Shown piece by piece: positions 42,067-50,669 of a stretch of DNA of 64,000 nt. The DNA lies in the NCBI GenBank assembly GCA_963674945.2, contig CAXXWQ010000004.1:768001-832000 (forward strand), read 5' to 3'. The first letter of the stretch is position 1. The number at the start of each line of letters is the position of its first letter. The translations under genes and the position numbers were made by a program. The notes beneath the pieces were generated by a model that did not search any database, was not told where the DNA came from, and saw only the letters and a list, made by a program, of their open reading frames with translations. Origin of the DNA: an uncultured Desulfosarcina sp. Its GTDB lineage: Bacteria; Desulfobacterota; Desulfobacteria; Desulfobacterales; Desulfosarcinaceae.

Positions 42067-42555
42067 TTACCGTAACCGTTTTTCGCATTCAGGAATTGGC
42101 AATCTTTTATTTACCTTCATCAACAAAGTCAGTTTCTCAAAAGCCTTTTTATGATCGATAATATTCTCTTTAACCAACTGATCCATCACCCAAAGGCTTC
42201 CATGGACACGAATTTTCTCTTCACGAGCAGTTTTTCGAAGTGGTTTATCACCGGTCAGCAGGATTGCGGACAATTCTTTGGCAAGAAACAGGCAGGAACA
42301 ATCGGGAAATGATAAAGCAGCCGAATACGTATTTTTCAATAGCACAACCTTTTCCAACTGGTCTGCGTTTAGAGGGTAAATTTCAATTTGGCCGCTTTCA
42401 AATGTTTTTTGGTAGCTTTGGAGCGTCTGATCGTCGAATTCACCCAATACGGCTTCCGTGATCATTTTCTCAAAGGGAAGTCTACAAAATTCGTCTATAA
42501 GATCAATATCGAGCAGATCGAAAAGAATATTGGCATCGTTGACGATGATTTTCAT
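42067..42555 (-). CDS. PIN-domain protein
   Basis: IIVNDANILFDL, LSFPDCS, LLTGDKPLR, VHGSLW. Confidence 0.85.
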   Translation of the reverse strand: MKIIVNDANILFDLLDIDLIDEFCRLPFEKMITEAVLGEFDDQTLQSYQKTFESGQIEIYPLNADQLEKVVLLKNTYSAALSFPDCSCLFLAKELSAILLTGDKPLRKTAREEKIRVHGSLWVMDQLVKENIIDHKKAFEKLTLLMKVNKRLPIPECEKRLR

Positions 42556-43607
42556 GCAACCAACTGAAACTTTCTGCGAAACTGCGGCAATTTAACATTC
42601 AGCAGCTCAGCTCCTTTGGACATGGTGACAATATTTTCAGCCACAGCATAATAGATCAGTTGTTTGAAACGGTTTGCCCGCTCCTTTCCAAGATATTCGC
42701 CAGGCTCGTTCTGGCGCCATCCCATGGTATTCACATGGATACAAAAACGCCTATAGCGACTGTCGGTGATTAGCTTGAGGTGGTGAGCCCGGGCCATTAT
42801 CGCGGCTAATGAAATTCCGTATATGCCCTTGAGCTTTTTTAGCTCCCATTCAACGATATTCTGACGTTTCCCGAATAATTCATTGGAAATCGCACTATTT
42901 GGCAGTAAAAATGCGCCGGCAAAAGCATGACACATCTTTTCTTTCAACCTTGGCTCCATGACTTCCCGCTTTGGGAATTTCAATAGGATATGTCCCAGTT
43001 CATGCGCCAAGGTGAACCGTTTTCGCACCAATTCGAAAGAGGCGTTTAAAATGATCACCGGAATCTTTCCGACAAAACCCGATAACCCATCGAAACGATC
43101 ATTTGCCTCGATCTCGTAAATACAAATCCCCTTATCTTCCAACAACTCCATGAGATTGGAAATGGGACTTTCGCCCAAGTCCCATTCGTCCCTTAATTTT
43201 TCCGCTGCTGCATCGACATCATTGTAAGATCTGATTTTAAAATCCTGAAGCGGATTGTTGAAGAGAGCTCGTTGACCGACTATTTCCTCAATCTCAATAT
43301 AGCGTTCCAAAAAATCGAGGGTCCGGCTCTCGATACGATCAATCTCCTTTTGGCTGAGTCTCGATTTTTTACGGAACTCGATCTTTGACAAGTTGACGGT
43401 TGATTCCCTGAAAAAATAACCGGTTCCAAGGTTCAAGGCATTCGCCAATGCCAATAGATTATTGCCATCGGGCTTCATCTGCCCCTTTTCGTACTTGCTA
43501 ATCGCCTGTTTGGTTACCCGTTTGTCGGTTGCGTCTGCGAGCGCTTGCTGGCTCATCCCGGCCATTTTTCGGGCAGCTTTTAGGCGTTGTCCGAATTTTT
43601 CGCTCAT
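42552..43607 (-). CDS. XRE HTH - ImmA/IrrE metallopeptidase fusion
   Basis: N-terminal HTH (GMSQQALA..KQAISKYEKG), RFTLAHELGH, FAGAFLLP. Confidence 0.92.
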   Translation of the reverse strand: MSEKFGQRLKAARKMAGMSQQALADATDKRVTKQAISKYEKGQMKPDGNNLLALANALNLGTGYFFRESTVNLSKIEFRKKSRLSQKEIDRIESRTLDFLERYIEIEEIVGQRALFNNPLQDFKIRSYNDVDAAAEKLRDEWDLGESPISNLMELLEDKGICIYEIEANDRFDGLSGFVGKIPVIILNASFELVRKRFTLAHELGHILLKFPKREVMEPRLKEKMCHAFAGAFLLPNSAISNELFGKRQNIVEWELKKLKGIYGISLAAIMARAHHLKLITDSRYRRFCIHVNTMGWRQNEPGEYLGKERANRFKQLIYYAVAENIVTMSKGAELLNVKLPQFRRKFQLVA

Positions 43608-43630
43608 TATTTTTCCTCCAGTGGCTTTAT

Positions 43631-43668
43631 GGTTGACATATTATGACTTTTTATTATTTTTGTCAACC
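43631..43668 (-). promoter_or_regulatory. Promoter/operator of the XRE-PIN operon
   Basis: Inverted repeat GGTTGACA-N22-TGTCAACC; the minus strand reads TTGACA then a CATAAT/TAATAT -10-like box. Confidence 0.6.
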
Positions 43669-43699
43669 TTCACAAGAGACGATTATACAAATAAAATTT

Positions 43700-44747
43700 C
43701 TGGGGTATGCACTTAAATCCAGCACATACTATATGTTGTGGCCCAGGTCATCGTCAATTGGATCGAGATTTAAATTTGCTGCCCCTTCCAAAAACGGTAA
43801 CGATGCACCTTTAAGAGTACTAGCTGGGGCAGGGTCCACCATCACGGCCTGTTGGACCAGCCTGTAAAATAGTTTTCCGCGAGACACTGATGTTCTACGG
43901 TTGAACCTGAATGTGAATTCATCCAAATAGTACATCAAATGAGACGGTCTGACCGCCCCTTGATAAGTACCAAGTAACCATCGTTTCATGAGCGACGCTA
44001 CCAAATGTACAATCTTCAAGTCATGCGATGGAATCGCAATATGCTTAAATCCTTTATCGCCAAGGCTGCTATAGCCGGGCCAATCATCCGTCCTGATGGT
44101 GCTGCCTGGCTGGGCGATTTCTTGTACAAATTGAGTCAGACTATCTCCCGATGCGTCTTCGAGGTGCCAGAGTCTAATTCGCCCAATTCCTTTTCGGCCT
44201 TTATCCTCCACGGCAATACCGACCAAAGCTTTACCTTCAGCACCCCGACCGCGTTTTCCAGACTTTTTCCCACCGACATAGGTTTCATCAACTTCAACAA
44301 TCCCGGACAATCGGTCACGTCCTGGACGAACCATTGCTCTTCGAAGTTTATGGAGCCATTGCCAGGCGGTATTATAACTCCCAAGGTTAAGTACTCTCTG
44401 AAGCCCAAGTGCATTAGCTCCGTACTTCTGACCTGTAATGTGCCACATAGCCCGAAACCAAAGAGACAAGGGCTTTCTGGTGCCGTGAAAAATTGTACCG
44501 GAAGTTATCGTAGATTGATTTCCACAATCAGTACAATGAAACTGGGATCGTTTAGTTCTCCACGAGGATGCAGAACCGCAATGAGGGCAACGGAAGCCTT
44601 CGGGCCATCTAAGAGCCATCAAATAGTCAGTGCATCCAGCTTCAGAGCTAAATCGTTTTTCAAATTCTATCAACGTTCTGGGGTAATCTTCCTCCATAGA
44701 CTGGTACACTATATGTTGTGGCCACTGGAGTCAAGTGCATACCCCAG
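43700..44747 (-). mobile_element. IS1595-family element, 1048 bp
   Basis: 8-bp duplication TAAAATTT; IR CTGGGGTATGCACTTAAATCCAG vs CTGGGGTATGCACTTGACTCCAG. Confidence 0.92.
43729..44709 (-). CDS. IS1595-family transposase
   Basis: RWPEGFRCPHC zinc ribbon, VEVDETYVGG, TDDWPGY, YLDEFTFRFNRR. Confidence 0.93.
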   Translation of the reverse strand: MYQSMEEDYPRTLIEFEKRFSSEAGCTDYLMALRWPEGFRCPHCGSASSWRTKRSQFHCTDCGNQSTITSGTIFHGTRKPLSLWFRAMWHITGQKYGANALGLQRVLNLGSYNTAWQWLHKLRRAMVRPGRDRLSGIVEVDETYVGGKKSGKRGRGAEGKALVGIAVEDKGRKGIGRIRLWHLEDASGDSLTQFVQEIAQPGSTIRTDDWPGYSSLGDKGFKHIAIPSHDLKIVHLVASLMKRWLLGTYQGAVRPSHLMYYLDEFTFRFNRRTSVSRGKLFYRLVQQAVMVDPAPASTLKGASLPFLEGAANLNLDPIDDDLGHNI

Positions 44748-44779
44748 TAAAATTTAAAGGTTTTTGAAAGAAGGAGGAT

Positions 44780-45043
44780 CTAAGGAAGGTTTTTACTTGG
44801 CTTGAACTTCACTACGCTTCGCCCTTTGATTTTAATCTTTTCACCATTCTGGGGATTATGTCCCATGCGTGTTTTCCGATAAACGTTTCTAAAAGTGCCG
44901 AATCCAACTAATGTGACCTTGCTATTCCTTTTCTTTAGTCCTTCTTTTATGCCATCGAGAGCAGAATCAAATGCCGCTTTTGCAGTGGTTTTTGGGATGT
45001 CGGCATCTTTGGCGATCTTCTCGATGAGTTCAGCTTTGGTCAT
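44780..45043 (-). CDS. HU-family DNA-binding protein
   Basis: MTKAELIEKIA, VTLVGFGTF, RMGHNPQNGE, KFKPSK. Confidence 0.92.
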   Translation of the reverse strand: MTKAELIEKIAKDADIPKTTAKAAFDSALDGIKEGLKKRNSKVTLVGFGTFRNVYRKTRMGHNPQNGEKIKIKGRSVVKFKPSKNLP

Positions 45044-45401
45044 GTGGCCTCCTTCTTGGTCTGGGATTATATTTGGCGGTTATCGGATATCCTCGTTTCT
45101 GAGGCAGGAACGCTACTTAACCTAATACAGATTGCCGAATGTCAACGATCTACTCTTTCCTTCAATTCTTTGCCCGCCTTGAAAAAGGGCAGCTTTTTCG
45201 GCGCGATTTGAACCTGCTCACCCGTTTTGGGGTTGCGTCCAGTATAGGACTTGTATTCTTTCACGAAAATAGAACACAAGCCCCGAATTTCGACGCGATC
45301 CCCTTTGGCCAATGCATCTGATATTGTGTTGAAAAACAAGTTCACAACCGCCTCAGCCTCTGTTTTGGATAGGCCATTGGCGTCCCTCAGGGCTTGGATT
45401 A

Positions 45402-46334
45402 CAAGCCATCTCAAAAAAAGTAGTATTTCGCCGATGATAAATCGCAACGTAACCGGCTGAAGTTATATGAAATACGGATGACAGCCTGTAAGTGTTTGAA
45501 AAAATTGAAAATAAATCTAGACATAACATCCTGAATATGCAATATAATCAGGATGGAACTCACAAAAGAACAATGGAAGCGGATAGAGCCTATTATAGAA
45601 GCGTCAACCCCATCCAAAGATCCCAGAGGACGACCGGCAAGGAATCCACGCGATGTTCTCAATGGGATTTTGTGGATCATGCGAACGGGTGCACCCTGGA
45701 AAGATTTGCCCCAGCGGTACCCGCCGTACCAGACATGCCATCGGCGGTTCCAGCAATGGGTTCGGCAAGGGGTGTTCCGACGCATTGCCATTGAGCTGGT
45801 CGAAGACCTCAATGAACGCGGCAAGATCGATATTCGAGAGGCGTTTATAGATGGCAGCTTCGCTCCGGCAAAAAAAGGGGTCTTGCTGTCGGCAAGACAA
45901 AGCGTGGCAAAGGCACCAAGATCATGGCAATCGCAGACGCTGCTGGTCTTCCTGTCGCCGCTCACGTGGAAAGCGCTTCGCCCCACGAGGTAAAGCTTGT
46001 TGAGGATACCATAGACGCCAGTTTTACCGAGTATGCACCCGACAAGTTGGTTGGCGACAAGGCCTACGACAGCGATAAACTTGATGACCAACTCCTTGAC
46101 GATCGTGGTGTTGAAATGATCGCCCCGCATCGTAAAGGCCGGAAAAAGCCAAAAACCCAAGACGGCAGGAAACTGAGGCGTTATCGACGCAGATGGAAGG
46201 TAGAACGCCTGTTTGCATGGCTTCAGAACTTCAGGAGGTTGATTGTACGCTACGAATACCATGTAGAGAATTTCCTGGCTATGGTCCAACTTGGTTGTAT
46301 CAAAATACTACTTCGTTTTTTTTGAGATGGCTTG
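45402..46334 (+). mobile_element. IS5-family element (IS427-like group), 933 bp
   Basis: IR CAAGCCATCTCAAAAAAA at both ends; TA duplication. Confidence 0.9.
45553..46325 (+). CDS. IS5-family transposase, two ORFs joined by a probable -1 frameshift at AAAAAAAGGGG
   Basis: [48 protein letters not shown]. Confidence 0.88.
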
Positions 46335-46517
46335 TAGTTCAATTTTGTTCATGTGTTCGGCAATCCTGTTAACTCTAAGTGTTGGTACGATAGGGTGGGA
46401 ATTGGCAAAAGGGTATACTTTGTATATATATTCTGTCAATGATTAAAATATGTTATCAATTGTCGTGAAGCCTGTTTCAGGACTCATACATACTTCTTTA
46501 GAGAAGTAAATTTTTAC

Positions 46518-46546
46518 TTGACGTTCCATGTTTGATTTCATAAAAT
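46518..46546 (+). promoter_or_regulatory. sigma70-type promoter for the ssb-primase-DUF932-radC block
   Basis: TTGACG-N17-TAAAAT. Confidence 0.65.
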
Positions 46547-46907
46547 ATGTACAATTATCTGCTCAATGAATTCCCCATTCATTGTTCCCTCCGCCACTGA
46601 GCGGACTTCGGGATGACAGGTTATCACCTGAACAATCCTTTTTTCAGATCCAATCATTTCTTCAATGGATCGGTGTTTATCGATCAGCCGCCACTCTCAA
46701 AACGGTTTTAGCCAAACCTTGAGAAGAGGCATTTCTGCAGCGGCCAAGCCAAACAGCAGAATTGTCAATCGGCAGCAGTGTCACATCCACACACACAAAT
46801 AATTAAAATATTCCATTAAAACATTCATTAACAAAGGGACCAAGGCACTTTTGCGCAATTTGGCGCCACAAGTGTTTTGTTTCCCACCAAAAGGAAAGGA
46901 GCATTTC

Positions 46908-47612
46908 ATGAACAAGTCAATCATCATCGGAAGACTGGGAAAAGAGGCCAAGTTTTTTAAAAATGGCGAGCATACCGCTTGCCGATTTCCATTGGCGGTG
47001 AAGGAGACATGGAAAAACAAAAACAATGAACTGCAAGAGCGGACCGAGTGGGTGAATGTAGCTGCCATAGGCAGTGATGCCGATCAAATGAAAGGCGTCT
47101 CCAAGGGTGCGCTCGTGTTTGTTCAGGGAACCACCAACACAGGTACCTACACAAAGGAAGATGAAACCCATTACTATTTCGAGATCCGGGCCAGAAGGCT
47201 TCGGATTCTATCGGAAAAAGGTGAGCAAACATTCAAAGATCTGGACCAGAATGAAGTCGCTTTGGTCGGTCGTCTCGGACAAAATCCGCTGACACCCAAG
47301 GAAGGGATCACTCATTTCTCCATCGCATGCAATGATTATCGCAACGGTCAAGAAACAACCCAATGGATCAGCATTGCTACATTCAACGGTTTGTCCGACA
47401 GCGCGGCCAAAATTTTAAGCAAGGGCCGGATGGTCTACGTGGAAGGGAAAATACGGACGAGAAAATACGACAAGGATGGGCAAACTCGTTACGCCACCGG
47501 TATTATCGCAAACAGGTGGCGAGCACTGGATGCCAATCCAAGAAAGCAAGAGGCGAAAGAATATCATGATTCCGCACCCCATGATTATGCGGATAGCGAT
47601 ATTCCGTTTTAA
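46908..47612 (+). CDS. ssb: Single-stranded DNA-binding protein with two OB folds
   Basis: MNKSIIIGRLG...ERTEWVNV and NEVALVGRLGQNP...VYVEGKIRTRKY; DSDIPF tail; AAGGAG RBS. Confidence 0.9.
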   Translation: MNKSIIIGRLGKEAKFFKNGEHTACRFPLAVKETWKNKNNELQERTEWVNVAAIGSDADQMKGVSKGALVFVQGTTNTGTYTKEDETHYYFEIRARRLRILSEKGEQTFKDLDQNEVALVGRLGQNPLTPKEGITHFSIACNDYRNGQETTQWISIATFNGLSDSAAKILSKGRMVYVEGKIRTRKYDKDGQTRYATGIIANRWRALDANPRKQEAKEYHDSAPHDYADSDIPF

Positions 47613-47681
47613 ACCAAGCCCCTGGACTCTAAGTTTAATGACCTCTTAGATCCAGGGGTTTAACCGACTACGAGGATATCG

Positions 47682-48461
47682 ATGGAAAAAATATTTCAAA
47701 AGCTCGAGAGGTATTTTGGCCCATGGAAAATCGGTGTCTTGAATCCGGACAGAGGACTATGGTCGCTTTCACCATCTATGAACAAAATTGGATACCTGAA
47801 GGCAATGAACGCCAGCGGCTATCACATCTTCATGAAACCTTTGAATGAACGGTACTACCTGCTTTTAGACGATATCCCGGAGACAAAGCTGAAACACCAA
47901 AAAGAGCCAAAAGGATTCAAACCCGGACGACTGGTGGTTGAAACCAGCCCCGGGAATTTCCAGGTATGGATCAAAGCCGGACGGAGTATGAGCAATCCGG
48001 AGAAAAGATACTGGATCCGATATTTCGGTGCAGATCGAGCCTGTGATCCCAATTTGCGTTGGGGCCGCTGTCCGGGATTCCGGAATTGTAAGGAAAAATA
48101 TCGAGAAAAAGGACGATTTCCCCTTGCTCGGCTCATCTGGGTGGATTGGCAAAATGTTGCTCGTATTCCGAGTGTGTCTTTACCGGAGGAATCAGCCGAC
48201 CGTAAAATCCCAGATGGAAAAGAAATACGGCGCACTCATACCAGCGAAGCCATTTTTCGCACAGACTATGAACGAGGGGATGAGTCGGCAACCGATTTTG
48301 CCTATACGCTGGCATTGCTACGGAGAGGCACTGACCCGAAAGTGATCGCCGATAGACTATTGGAAGAAAGAAAAGATTGGACCCACCACAATGGGCCAAG
48401 GCGCCAGGCCGATTACCTTGATCGGACGATCAGGCGCGCCGCCGAAATTATCAATCAATAG
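47682..48461 (+). CDS. RepB'-type (AEP superfamily) DNA primase
   Basis: LLLDDI, VVETSPGNFQVW, GRCPGFRNCK; C-terminal DESATDF helical domain, as in RSF1010 RepB'. Confidence 0.85.
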   Translation: MEKIFQKLERYFGPWKIGVLNPDRGLWSLSPSMNKIGYLKAMNASGYHIFMKPLNERYYLLLDDIPETKLKHQKEPKGFKPGRLVVETSPGNFQVWIKAGRSMSNPEKRYWIRYFGADRACDPNLRWGRCPGFRNCKEKYREKGRFPLARLIWVDWQNVARIPSVSLPEESADRKIPDGKEIRRTHTSEAIFRTDYERGDESATDFAYTLALLRRGTDPKVIADRLLEERKDWTHHNGPRRQADYLDRTIRRAAEIINQ

Positions 48462-48576
48462 AAGATATCAATCCATTTTTTAACAAACCCCGGATCCGGG
48501 GCACCGCAATGGTTCCCCGATATGGTGGGTTTCTCTCTTTGGAGGGACCATTGCGGTTTTATCCAAAGGGAGGCAA

Positions 48577-49380
48577 ATGATGAAATCACAAAACATCCCC
48601 CTCACCAATGATCAGATCGTCAAATTGGCGCCGTCTGCAGGGGCAATATCCCCACATGAAATGGTTTCGAACCGATATAGTTTTGTGCCAACCATCGAGG
48701 CCGTTGATTTGTTGAGATCGGCCGGATGGGAACCCGTTCATGTGAAGCAGTCCGGAACGAGGAAAAAGGACCGCAATGGCTATCAAAAACATATCATCCG
48801 TTTCATGCAGGGCGCCCTGTCAACCGACCAGGAACGCGTCGATCTGGTGATGACTAACTCCCATGACCGAGGCTGCGCCTTTCTGCTTTCCGCATCTATC
48901 TGGCGCAAAATATGCGGCAATGGTCTGATGGTGTCCTCAGAACTGTATAATTTTTCACACAGGCATGTAGGTTTTGAGAGAAATGTTTTCCTGGATTCTG
49001 CCTATCGGATAGCCGAAGGCGCCGGAGATATCGCCGCACAAGTGCAAAATTTAAAGGTAATCGACCTTACCCCCAATGAAAAAGGCGTATTTGCCATGGC
49101 TGCGCACAAATTGGTCTATGACGATGTCGAAAAGGCACCGATCTTGCCAGCACAACTACTGAAGGAGCGTCGCTACGACGACAACGGCAATGACCTGTGG
49201 TCGACATTCAATGTGGTTCAGGAGAACATCATGAAGGGGGGTATATATGGAAGAAAACGAAGTGCAAATGGCCATATTCGTCATGTCAAAACCCGTCCCG
49301 TGAAATCCATCGATCGAGACATCAAACTCAACAAGGCATTGTGGGTCCTGACTGAGGAGATGGCCAAATTAAAATGCTGA
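48577..49380 (+). CDS. DUF932-family protein
   Basis: SNRYSFVPT, NSHD, ICGNGL, RRYDDNGNDLWSTFNVVQEN, LNKALW. Confidence 0.9.
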   Translation: MMKSQNIPLTNDQIVKLAPSAGAISPHEMVSNRYSFVPTIEAVDLLRSAGWEPVHVKQSGTRKKDRNGYQKHIIRFMQGALSTDQERVDLVMTNSHDRGCAFLLSASIWRKICGNGLMVSSELYNFSHRHVGFERNVFLDSAYRIAEGAGDIAAQVQNLKVIDLTPNEKGVFAMAAHKLVYDDVEKAPILPAQLLKERRYDDNGNDLWSTFNVVQENIMKGGIYGRKRSANGHIRHVKTRPVKSIDRDIKLNKALWVLTEEMAKLKC

Positions 49381-49525
49381 AGGAGTAAACAGGTAACGCT
49401 ATACGGTTCTTCAAAGAATGCGTTAAATCAAACAAAAAATCCCCCGAACCGGGGAACCGTAAAGGTTTCCCGATGGGGATGTCCTCCCTTTTCTTGGGAG
49501 CCTTTGCGGCTGACAATAGGGAGGG

Positions 49526-50068
49526 ATGAAAGTGAACAAAAAAGAATATCGTTTTTATGCTTATAAGCTGCATATGGTCAAGGAACAAGAAATCCATTTG
49601 TGCAGCGGCCAAACAATCCACAGCAGTTTTTCAGGTTCCAAATTAATCAAAAAAGTGATCCGCCAACTCGGTCAGACAGATCGAGAAAACTTCGTAGTGC
49701 TGATGCTGAACGCGAAATTTAAACCCATCGGCACGAACCTTGTGTCCATCGGAACTCTTACCCGGAGTATCGTACAGCCCAGGGAGATCATCAAAGCGGC
49801 ATTGAACATGCCCTGCAAGGCCTTGATCCTTGGACACAATCACCCATCGGGAGATCCCTCGCCTTCCATGGAGGACAAGCTGATCACACTCATGGTAATG
49901 GCGTCCGCGCATCTGTTCGATCTGGAGATTCTGGATCACATTATCGTGGACATGGATTCTGATGCCTACCTTTCTTTTGCGGACGAAAAGATCATTGAGG
50001 ATACGAAACACAAAGTGTCTTCCGTATTGGATCAATTTTATAAAATGGAAAGCAGAATACGACTATGA
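49526..50068 (+). CDS. radC: RadC/JAB-domain protein
   Basis: DRENFVVLMLN, GHNHPSGDPSPSMED, LDHIIV. Confidence 0.92.
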   Translation: MKVNKKEYRFYAYKLHMVKEQEIHLCSGQTIHSSFSGSKLIKKVIRQLGQTDRENFVVLMLNAKFKPIGTNLVSIGTLTRSIVQPREIIKAALNMPCKALILGHNHPSGDPSPSMEDKLITLMVMASAHLFDLEILDHIIVDMDSDAYLSFADEKIIEDTKHKVSSVLDQFYKMESRIRL

Positions 50069-50082
50069 AATAAGGTGACATC

Positions 50083-50436
50083 ATGACCGATATTATAAGG
50101 AAGCATTCCCAAAATCCTTATGCACATGTAGTGGAATGGATCGATCGGCATGAAGGAACCGGCTCGGCCAATGGACTGGCGAAACTGATTCTCTCTTTAT
50201 GGTCTGAAGATGCCGCTTTTAGCCTACGTGAATGCATCTCTTCATTCGACGATACACGTTTGGCATGGGCCGAAGAAATGACCTCGCACTTTTTGCGTTA
50301 TCGTTCGGATCGTTTCTTGGATGATGCTGCAAAAAAAGTGGCTTTCAAATGCCCTCATATCATTGAAAAGGGGCTTGCCGGAAGCCATGCCAAATGTGAT
50401 TGGGAACGCGCTAAAATCGTTATAGAGAAAAGCTGA
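50083..50436 (+). CDS. Hypothetical protein
   Basis: 117-aa ORF with AAGGTG RBS, in the operon. Confidence 0.7.
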   Translation: MTDIIRKHSQNPYAHVVEWIDRHEGTGSANGLAKLILSLWSEDAAFSLRECISSFDDTRLAWAEEMTSHFLRYRSDRFLDDAAKKVAFKCPHIIEKGLAGSHAKCDWERAKIVIEKS

Positions 50437-50669
50437 TCAATCAAATGATCCGACCGTCTGTTTTTGAAATAAAAAAAACAGACGGTCGGAAATCATGATT
50501 GATGATGAAATATCTCAATGCCAATAACCATTTGTAATATCATATACAAATTCACGGATTCCCTTATTATTCTCCTTTATTTTGTAAGCCGAAAAAAACA
50601 AATTGTCGACTGATGACTATTTTTTTCGGCACACGAGAAGGGCAATAGGGAAAAAATCGCATTTGCCAA

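Larger units (their letters stand above)
39491..42080 (-). pseudogene. UvrD/GajB-like helicase C-terminal remnant, split by IS1380
   Basis: VKILTLEHHMAA, THQGIKGLEFPRVMVILDD, RRLFYVTCSRAEESL; the frame rejoins (LNDV-LKEV) on removing the IS; no N-terminal Walker A part. Confidence 0.8.
45142..46352 (-). pseudogene. IHF-beta/HU-family gene interrupted by IS5 at codon 6
   Basis: Removing the IS restores MNKIELIQALRD...RVEIRG..GRNPKTGE..PFFKAGKELKERV. Confidence 0.85.

Noticed and set aside
45411..46289. 292-aa minus-strand ORF
   Set aside because: Antisense shadow of the IS5 transposase with no independent motif
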